A stretch of DNA of 17,231 bases from a bacterium (GTDB lineage Bacteria; Zhuqueibacterota; Zhuqueibacteria; Oceanimicrobiales; Oceanimicrobiaceae). The notes beneath the pieces are model-generated. The model saw nothing but the letters and a program-made list of their open reading frames with translations, made no database searches and had not been told where the DNA came from. Position numbers and translations under genes: made by a program. Location of the stretch: the NCBI GenBank assembly GCA_046757025.1, contig JBHHXN010000115.1:1-17231 (forward strand). The letters are read 5' to 3'. This document shows, one piece after another, positions 8,366 through 15,323 of this stretch (position 1 is its first letter; each line of letters starts with the position of its first letter).

Positions 8366-10894
8366 ATGTCTAAAGTAAAAAAATATTTTTCAAGCGAGGC
8401 GGCGAAAACCACCCGCGAGCAAATTCAGGAGGCCGGCGGCAACGAAGTGTTTTTCGTGGGCTACCTCGATGAAAACCGAAAAGTGATCAGCGTGGAAGTG
8501 TTCACCCGCGGCAACGAGTCCTCGGCGCCGGCGTTGATGCAGGTGGCGCGCCCGGGCAACGTGGTGATTCACAACCACCCCAGCGGCGGCTTGCGCCCTT
8601 CCAGCGCCGACATGCAGGTGGCGTCGAATCTGGGCAACGACGGCATCGGTTTTTACATTGTGGACAATGCGGTATCGGATGTGTACGCCGTGGTGGAGCC
8701 GTTTTCGGAAAAAAAGCCGGTCCCGATTGAAACCGACACCGTCACCCATCTCATCGATGAAAAAGGCCCCATTGCAAAAAAACTGGAGCGCTACGAGTTT
8801 CGGCCGCAACAGATCAAGATGATCGAGCTCCTCACCGAGGCCATCAACGAAAACAAAGTGGCGCTGGTGGAAGCCGGCACCGGCACCGGCAAAACCTTAG
8901 CTTATCTGCTGCCGGCCATCACTTACGCCATCAATAATGAAGAACGCATCGTGGTGTCCACCAACACCATCAATTTGCAGGAGCAGCTCATTCACAAAGA
9001 CCTGCCGTTTCTCAAAACCATTTTCAAATCGAAATTTAAAGCGGTGCTGGTAAAAGGCCGGTCGAATTACGCTTGTCGGCGAAAATTGCAGGAAGCGGAT
9101 CAGGAGCTGGATTTATTCGCGGATGACGCCTCCAGGTCGGAATTACAGGCCATCATCCAGTGGTCAAAAGCCACCCAAGATGGCAGCAAAGCGGATTTGC
9201 CCATACAGCCGCGGCCGGACACTTGGGAAAAGATCCAATCCGAAAGCGACACTTCTTTGAAAACAAAGTGTCCATTCTACGATACCTGCTTTTTTTATTC
9301 GGCGCGCCGCAAAGCCGCCACCGCCGATATTCTGGTGGCTAATCATCATTTGCTGTTTGCGGATTTGGCTCTGCGGGCGGTTTTTGGCGCTTCGGAAAAC
9401 GCCATTTTACCGGCCTATCAACGAATCATTTTTGATGAAGCGCAAAATATCGAGGAGGTGGCTACCAGTTATTTCGGCATCGGCGTCACCTATCTCGGCG
9501 TGAAACGCATTCTAAACAAATTGTTCAACCGAAACAACGGCCAGGAAAAAGGCGTGCTGCCGTTTCTGCTGCATAAACTGCTGAAGTTTTCCCGAGGCAT
9601 GCCCACCGACCCAATTGTAAAAGTGATGGATTTTCTCCGGGAAGAAGGCACCAGCGATATCGAATCTTTAAATTTCTATTTGGCGGAAACCATGGAGCAG
9701 ATCTTCTACACAGTGCAGCGATTAGCTCGCTCCGAATACGGCGAGAGCAAACTGCGGTTAAACCGTCAAATTTTGAAAACCAGCGACTGGCAGAACAATA
9801 TACTCAACCTGACCCGGAAACTGGTGCAGGAAATGCGGAAATTTGCCAGCCGTCTCAGCCAGGTTTCCAATGCGCTGGACGCCATTCAGCAGGCTTTGCA
9901 CCAGTCGGTGGTTTCTTTAAGCATCGATTTGCAGGCGCAGGCCGAACGACTAGACGCCGCCGCCGAAACCATCGGCCAGATTCTGCTCAATTTTGATCAG
10001 GAAAATATTCGCTGGATCGAGGTCAAAGAGGGCTACAAGGGGCTTAAAATTGTGCGACTGCGTTTGTCGCCTCTAGAGGTCGCACCCATTTTGCACGAAG
10101 CGGTGTACAAAAAATTTAAAAACATCGTCCTGACTTCGGCGACGTTAACCGTGGCTCAGAATTTTGACTATTTGAAAAATCGACTGGGTTTGAATTTTCT
10201 GGACTCAGGCAAAATTCTTCAACGGTCGCTGCCAGCGCCATTCGACTTTCCGAGACAGGTGATTTTAGCGGTACCCAGCGACATTCCGGAGCCGCAAGAT
10301 CCGCGGTTTACGCGAATCCTGCCGGACCTGCTTTTAAAGCTGGTCAAAATCAGTCGCGGGAGGGCATTTATCTTGTTTACTTCGTACGGATTGTTAAACA
10401 AGATGTTTAACCGACTGCAGGCAGAAATCGAACAGCTCGGCTTTAACGTCTATAAACAGGGACAGGAAAACCGGCATCGGCTTCTGGAGCGTTTTAAAAG
10501 CGACGTCTCTTCGGTGCTGTTTGCTACGGACAGCTTCTGGGAGGGCGTGGATGTGCCGGGCGCGGCGCTGGAATCCGTGATTATCACCCGGCTGCCATTC
10601 AAAGTGCCCAGTGAGCCGGTGGTGGAAGCGCGTGTGGAAGCCATCGAAAAGAGCGGCGGCAACGCATTTTTAGAGTACACCGTGCCGCAGGCGGTGATCA
10701 AATTCCGCCAGGGATTTGGTCGGCTCATCCGCAGCCGGTCGGATCGCGGCTCGGTGATCATTTTAGATAAACGCGTGATTCAGAAAAGCTACGGCCGGAT
10801 TTTTCTCGAATCTTTACCAAAATGCCAGATGGTGGCCGCGCCGGTTACGGACATGTTACAAAAATTGCAGAAGTTTATGAATGAAAATGCGTGA
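8366..10894 (+). CDS. dinG: DinG/XPD-family SF2 helicase with an N-terminal JAB/MPN (RadC-like) domain, about 842 aa
   Basis: N-terminus GGNEVFF...IHNHPSGGLRPSSAD (JAB E..HxH..S..D). Q motif YEFRPQQ, EAGTGTGKT, STNTINLQEQL, KGRSNYAC, VANHHLL, DEAQ, TSATL, LFTSY, SFWEGVDVPG, RLPF, QGFGRLIR. ATG 8366 chosen over TTG 8345. Confidence 0.9.
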   Translation: MSKVKKYFSSEAAKTTREQIQEAGGNEVFFVGYLDENRKVISVEVFTRGNESSAPALMQVARPGNVVIHNHPSGGLRPSSADMQVASNLGNDGIGFYIVDNAVSDVYAVVEPFSEKKPVPIETDTVTHLIDEKGPIAKKLERYEFRPQQIKMIELLTEAINENKVALVEAGTGTGKTLAYLLPAITYAINNEERIVVSTNTINLQEQLIHKDLPFLKTIFKSKFKAVLVKGRSNYACRRKLQEADQELDLFADDASRSELQAIIQWSKATQDGSKADLPIQPRPDTWEKIQSESDTSLKTKCPFYDTCFFYSARRKAATADILVANHHLLFADLALRAVFGASENAILPAYQRIIFDEAQNIEEVATSYFGIGVTYLGVKRILNKLFNRNNGQEKGVLPFLLHKLLKFSRGMPTDPIVKVMDFLREEGTSDIESLNFYLAETMEQIFYTVQRLARSEYGESKLRLNRQILKTSDWQNNILNLTRKLVQEMRKFASRLSQVSNALDAIQQALHQSVVSLSIDLQAQAERLDAAAETIGQILLNFDQENIRWIEVKEGYKGLKIVRLRLSPLEVAPILHEAVYKKFKNIVLTSATLTVAQNFDYLKNRLGLNFLDSGKILQRSLPAPFDFPRQVILAVPSDIPEPQDPRFTRILPDLLLKLVKISRGRAFILFTSYGLLNKMFNRLQAEIEQLGFNVYKQGQENRHRLLERFKSDVSSVLFATDSFWEGVDVPGAALESVIITRLPFKVPSEPVVEARVEAIEKSGGNAFLEYTVPQAVIKFRQGFGRLIRSRSDRGSVIILDKRVIQKSYGRIFLESLPKCQMVAAPVTDMLQKLQKFMNENA

Positions 10895-11266
10895 TTATTG
10901 GCGGCTTTTTGAAAGCGCTTTTTGCAGTGTTGTGAGCAGCTCCGCTTGACTGAAGGGTTTGTGCAATCCGTAAACCGCGCCAAATTTCATGGCCACGCGC
11001 AAATACGTGGCATTGGCTGCAGCCGTAAACACCACAATGGGCAGGTTGGGTTTTAGCTCGGTGAGTTTTCGGATGATTTCCAACCCATCCATTTCCGGCA
11101 TGATGATATCGGTTAAGATGAGAGTCGGAGTTTTTTGGTCCAGCAACTTTAAGGCTTCGCGGCCATTAGCCGCTTCCAAAACTTCGTAACCGCCGCGCTT
11201 GAGCATTTCAACGATGGTCGCGCGCACATCGGGAAGGTCTTCAACGATCAGGATGGTTTGCGCCAT
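10895..11266 (-). CDS. single-domain (CheY-like) response regulator, 123 aa
   Basis: ILIVEDL, LILTDIIMPEMDG (phosphoacceptor Asp), FTA, KPF. No output domain. Starts 2 nt after the kinase stop. Confidence 0.92.
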   Translation of the reverse strand: MAQTILIVEDLPDVRATIVEMLKRGGYEVLEAANGREALKLLDQKTPTLILTDIIMPEMDGLEIIRKLTELKPNLPIVVFTAAANATYLRVAMKFGAVYGLHKPFSQAELLTTLQKALSKSRQ

Positions 11267-11268
11267 GG

Positions 11269-13713
11269 TTATTTGAAATTTAATAATTCTCCAATTTTTT
11301 CCGCAAGATTTTTTTTCGTGAAGGGCTTTTGCAGCATGCCGACCCCCAGACCGGTGGTGGATTTTGTTAGTCCGGCCATTTTCGCATGCAAATCATAACC
11401 TGAAACAAACAGCACGGGTACACCGGGTTGCAGGGAACGTATGATTTTAAACAGCTCCTGCCCACTTGATTGCGGCAGTACCATGTCCAGAATAACCAGA
11501 TCGAACTGGTGTTTACCTGATTCCATTATTTTAACCGTCTCTTCCGCATTCTGAGAGCTGAATACTTCGTGACCGAGATTTCGTAAAATGCGTTCCGTGA
11601 CATGGCGCACGGTTTCCTCGTCTTCCACTATCAGGATGGTGGCCTTTTCATTGTTTCGTATCTTCTTCTGAATTGGGTTTTTCACTTTGGATTTGTGATG
11701 ATTTAGTGCCGGAAAAATTAATCTGAACGCCGTTCCTTCACCTTCTTCGCTATTCACTTCGATATACCCGTGGTGCTGCTTGATAATTCCGTACACCACG
11801 GATAATCCCAGCCCGGTACCTCGGCTGGCATCTTTGGTTGTGAAAAACGGTTCGAAAATGCGCGCCTGCGTTTCTTTGCTCATGCCCAGACCGTTGTCGG
11901 TGATGGTCAAGTGTGCATAATTATTTACCTCGCCATCAGATAAAGGCAGATGTCGCAAGTTTTCCGGGGAAGTCAAACGCGTCTCAAACGTTAAAATGCC
12001 TCCGTCCGGCATGGCATCGCGCGCGTTGACGCACAAATTCATCAGCACTTGTTTCAACTGCACCGGATCACCTTGAATGAACAACGGTTTTCTGGCTAAA
12101 TTGGTTTTCAGCTCAATATCCTCGCCTATGATGCGTTCCACCATGTTCAAAAGATCGACAATTAATTCGTTGAAATTTAGTCGTTTGATTTTAAGATTTC
12201 GCTGCCGGCTGAAACTCAGTAACTGGTTAACGAGATTTTTGGCTTGCAATCCGGCCTCTTCAATTCTTTTTAAATCAGCATAAACGGGATGGTCCGGACT
12301 GCAGTCTTGCAGCCCAAATTCGGAATTTCCAAGAATGACCGTGAGCAGGTTGTTGAAATCGTGGGCCAGCCCGCCGGCCAACGTACCGATGGTTTCCATC
12401 CTCTGCGAGTGCAGCAATTGCTTCTCGAGCAGGATTTCCTGAGTGATGTCTTTTTTTACCGCAACAAAATGGACGATCTTGCCCAACGCATCTCGCACCG
12501 GTGATATGGTGGCTTCTTCGTGATAAAGCGTACCATCTTTCTTTTTATTGGTGAATTGACCGCTCCAGACGTTGCCTTTGTTCAGTGTGCTCCAGAGATT
12601 TTTGTAAAAGGCCTCATCGTGTATTCCGCTTTTTAAAAAGCGCGGATTCTGGCCCAGTACCTCTGCCGGTGTGTATCCGGTGATGAGCTCAAACGCGGGA
12701 TTGACGTATTCGATACAACCCTGGCGATCGGTGATCATGACGATGCCCAGGCTTTGCTCCACGGCATGCTTTAATTTGTTCAGCTGATCTTCTGCTTTTT
12801 GCCGACGGCTGACATCTCGCAGCACCCCTTCATAGTATTGCACTTGACCTTTTGCGTCGAAAACTTGCTGGCTGTGGTCTTCCACCCAGAGCTCGGAGCC
12901 GTCTTTTTTCTTCAGCCGGATCACCACCGAATCGTGGTTTGGATCGAATAATTTACTCAGGGCAATTTCGCGATCTTCTGGCTTAAAATAAAGATCATGA
13001 ATGATGTTGGCTTTGAGCAGTTCCTCCATGCTGGGGTAACCGAGCATTTTGACCAGCGCCGAATTGACCATCAATAACTGGCCTTTGGGGGTGGAACGGT
13101 AAATTCCATCGGGAATCCGCTCAAACAGCGCCTGGAATTGATTTGCAAAGTTGGCAGTCGATTTTGGCGAACCACTTTTATCGACCTTTTGCGTCATTTT
13201 GGGCTTGGAGAACATGGTCCGTTTAAGTCGGCGCCCCTCCAGCTGTCTTGTCGCCTGATTGCCTAAGATGCTTAAAGCTTGTCTTTGTTCCGGACTGATT
13301 TTGCCGGCTTTTGGCCCCATAACGCAAAGCGTGCCGAGCACATAGCCGTTATTGCTCACCAGCGGTGCGCTGGCATAAAAACGAATTTTGGGATCATGGG
13401 TAACCAGCGGATTGTCAGCAAACCGGGGATCTCTGGCCGCATTGCTGACGACGAACAGATCGTCGGGATGCATAATGGCATGGCTGCAAAAGGAGATGTC
13501 ACGCGGGATTTCAGCCAAGTCCAGGCCCAACCTGGCTTTAAACCATTGCCGTTTTTCATCGATGAAGCCGATGGCCGCGATGGGGGCTTGACACATTTGC
13601 GCGGCCAGCTGAGTCAAATCGTCGAATTCTTGTTCAGGAGGGGTGTCCAGAATTCGATAAAGATGGAGAGTTTTTACCCTCAAATTGTCGTTTTCTATTT
13701 GGGGTGCCTTCAT
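11269..13713 (-). CDS. hybrid sensor histidine kinase GAF-PAS-PAS-HisKA-HATPase-REC, about 814 aa, predicted soluble
   Basis: SD-like AAGGAAG before ATG 13713. GAF (ILDTPPEQEFDDL...QWFKA...FCSHAI), two PAS domains (DGIYRSTPKG; ITDRQGCIEYVNPAF), H-box GGLAHDFNNLL, N-box NLCVNARDAM, DNGLGM, FFTTK, GTGLGL, REC (VEDE, LDMVLP, SG, KPF). No transmembrane segment visible. Confidence 0.93.
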   Translation of the reverse strand: MKAPQIENDNLRVKTLHLYRILDTPPEQEFDDLTQLAAQMCQAPIAAIGFIDEKRQWFKARLGLDLAEIPRDISFCSHAIMHPDDLFVVSNAARDPRFADNPLVTHDPKIRFYASAPLVSNNGYVLGTLCVMGPKAGKISPEQRQALSILGNQATRQLEGRRLKRTMFSKPKMTQKVDKSGSPKSTANFANQFQALFERIPDGIYRSTPKGQLLMVNSALVKMLGYPSMEELLKANIIHDLYFKPEDREIALSKLFDPNHDSVVIRLKKKDGSELWVEDHSQQVFDAKGQVQYYEGVLRDVSRRQKAEDQLNKLKHAVEQSLGIVMITDRQGCIEYVNPAFELITGYTPAEVLGQNPRFLKSGIHDEAFYKNLWSTLNKGNVWSGQFTNKKKDGTLYHEEATISPVRDALGKIVHFVAVKKDITQEILLEKQLLHSQRMETIGTLAGGLAHDFNNLLTVILGNSEFGLQDCSPDHPVYADLKRIEEAGLQAKNLVNQLLSFSRQRNLKIKRLNFNELIVDLLNMVERIIGEDIELKTNLARKPLFIQGDPVQLKQVLMNLCVNARDAMPDGGILTFETRLTSPENLRHLPLSDGEVNNYAHLTITDNGLGMSKETQARIFEPFFTTKDASRGTGLGLSVVYGIIKQHHGYIEVNSEEGEGTAFRLIFPALNHHKSKVKNPIQKKIRNNEKATILIVEDEETVRHVTERILRNLGHEVFSSQNAEETVKIMESGKHQFDLVILDMVLPQSSGQELFKIIRSLQPGVPVLFVSGYDLHAKMAGLTKSTTGLGVGMLQKPFTKKNLAEKIGELLNFK

Positions 13714-13824
13714 GGCAACTTCCTTGTAAAAAGCTTCATTGGTGAGATATAAATTGTGATCCCTGACTCTCTCGGCCATTTTAGTGAATTTAGCGCTTCA
13801 AGTGGAAATCATTGGAGATGATTT

Positions 13825-14214
13825 TTACGAAACTTTGTCGAGTTTATGGCTGAAATGGTTTCGAATCAATGCCCCTATTTTTGTGTTGAGCTCGGCTTTG
13901 TTGATGCAATAATCCGCCCCCGATTCCATGGCGGCAACCCGGTATTCGTCAGAATCATGCAGCGTCAGTATGAAGACACAGGTCGTTTTCGAATGCGATT
14001 TAATCTGGCGGGTAGCTTCCAAACCATTCATCTCCGGCATCACCAGATCCATCAGGACGAGATCTGGGCTTAACTCTTTGACTTGGTGAAGAGCTTCGAT
14101 TCCGTTATTAGCGAGACCCACCACTTCAAGTTCTGCAAATCGACTTAGGAAGCGTTTGAACGAATTCCGAAATTCGCGGCTGTCGTCAACAATCAGAGTT
14201 CGTATAGGAGGCAT
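13825..14214 (-). CDS. stand-alone NarL-type receiver domain without HTH, about 129 aa
   Basis: RTLIVDDS, VVGLANNGIEAL, PDLVLMDLVMPEMNGLEATRQIK, ILTLHD, GADYCINK, then ends with no LuxR HTH. Start uncertain (14214 or 14238). Confidence 0.88.
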   Translation of the reverse strand: MPPIRTLIVDDSREFRNSFKRFLSRFAELEVVGLANNGIEALHQVKELSPDLVLMDLVMPEMNGLEATRQIKSHSKTTCVFILTLHDSDEYRVAAMESGADYCINKAELNTKIGALIRNHFSHKLDKVS

Positions 14215-14403
14215 ACTGACGCTGCTGATTTTGTTCATGGATGAATTGAAAAATATGTGTCCTGAAAGCAATTTAACATTTTGGGGGAGTTGGACAATCG
14301 GGGAAAGACCTGATAATCACCCAAAAAGTGCCCTAAAGCAGGGGTAAAATACTGCCCGTGTTTATAGATTTGGAAGAAAGTAAGGAAATGAGTAGAGAAG
14401 AGA

Positions 14404-14475
14404 AATTACTAATTGATAATTACAAATTACATCGAAACCTTTACAGCAACTTCAAACTTGAAACTTCAAACTCAC
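14404..14475. repeat. two short tandem heptamer arrays
   Basis: AATTACT-AATTGAT-AATTACA-AATTACA (14404-14431) and AACTTCA-AACTTGA-AACTTCA-AACTCAC (14448-14475). Confidence 0.7.
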
Positions 14476-14479
14476 GCTT

Positions 14480-15094
14480 CTAAACATGCAGGATGGAACC
14501 CGGCTTGCCCCATTCTCCATTTTCTTCGAGGAATTTGATGCTTTTGTTGATTTCGATCTGGCCGTCTTCTGCCAGAGTGATTTGTGCGCGTTCTAATGGT
14601 CTGGGCGCGGGACCTTCAAAATTGATGCCTTCGCGGGTGAAGCCGCTGCCGTGACAGGGGCATTTGAATTTGTTTTCAGCGTCCAGCCAGCGGGGGGTGC
14701 AGCCCAGATGGGTGCATATGGCGATGATGGCGTAAATTCCTTCTTCATTGCGTACGATCCAGACTCGTTTATCTTTCACCCATTTGGTGACCACCGACCC
14801 GACTGGATATTCATCGGGAAAACCGGCTTTAAAAACTGGCGAGGGCTCAAACAGCACGCGTGGAAACATGAAGCGGATGGAGCCGATGAGCATGGAGCCC
14901 ACAAACGAGAAAAACGCCACCCAGCCCGCCCGACTGAAAAAATTGCGCCGGCTCATCCAGATGGTGCCCTTCTCGTCCACCGCCACTTTTTTCTTTGGGG
15001 AAAATTTAGCGGCTTTGATTTGCTCTTCGGATTTGGCTGCTGATTTATCTTGATTTGGTTGATTTTCCATCGATTTAGATTTTTCTTCGGACAC
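14480..15094 (-). CDS. Rieske [2Fe-2S] protein of the bc1/b6f type (PetC/QcrA-like) with a TAT anchor, 204 aa
   Basis: Twin-arginine motif SRRNFF followed by a TM helix, CTHLGC and CPCHGS boxes, GPAPRPL. GGAGG lies 8 nt before GTG 15094. Confidence 0.93.
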   Translation of the reverse strand: MSEEKSKSMENQPNQDKSAAKSEEQIKAAKFSPKKKVAVDEKGTIWMSRRNFFSRAGWVAFFSFVGSMLIGSIRFMFPRVLFEPSPVFKAGFPDEYPVGSVVTKWVKDKRVWIVRNEEGIYAIIAICTHLGCTPRWLDAENKFKCPCHGSGFTREGINFEGPAPRPLERAQITLAEDGQIEINKSIKFLEENGEWGKPGSILHV

Positions 15095-15156
15095 TTTTCA
15101 TGCCTCCGGTAAATGAATGGATTGAATACTTCTAGTGGCTATTTTAAATTATGCAG

Positions 15157-15185
15157 AATATAAGATATCAGGAGTAAAAAGTCAA
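15157..15185 (-). promoter_or_regulatory. putative sigma70 promoter of the Rieske gene
   Basis: On the minus strand: TTGACT (15185-15180), 17-nt spacer, TATATT (15162-15157). Both hexamers match consensus at 5/6. Confidence 0.65.
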
Positions 15186-15215
15186 ATATTTTTGTGGTTG
15201 AGGATATTTGGAAAC

Positions 15216-15258
15216 AAATAAAAATGCCGCCCAGTGCGTCTCCCGAACACTGAGCGGC
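15216..15258 (-). terminator. putative intrinsic terminator of the FG-GAP/FlgD gene
   Basis: Minus-strand GCCGCUCAGUG...CACUGGGCGGC 11-bp stem (one U-G) followed by AUUUUUAUUU, about 65 nt after the stop codon. Confidence 0.65.
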
Positions 15259-15323
15259 GACGTTCACACTATCCGAACTGAAATATCCATTCCAGTTTCA
15301 TACATTGAACTCTGTGACAATCT

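Noticed and set aside
9101..9118. QELDLF in DinG as a second clamp-binding motif
   Set aside because: It does not fit the QL[SD]LF register and lies inside the Fe-S domain; too weak without conservation data.
8366..10894. CRISPR type IV (CasDinG) or CBASS/ubiquitin-like defence assignment for JAB-DinG
   Set aside because: No cas genes, CRISPR array, cyclase, E1/E2 or ubiquitin-like genes are seen in the window, and the context looks like housekeeping DNA.
12630..12660. LOV photoreceptor motif in the second PAS domain
   Set aside because: The sequence is GQNPRFL and lacks the essential Cys of GxNCRFLQ.
15075..15101. Short upstream ORF (MKSVRRKI) overlapping the Rieske start
   Set aside because: Its ATG is only 1 nt from GGAGG; the GTG at 8-nt spacing fits that SD properly.
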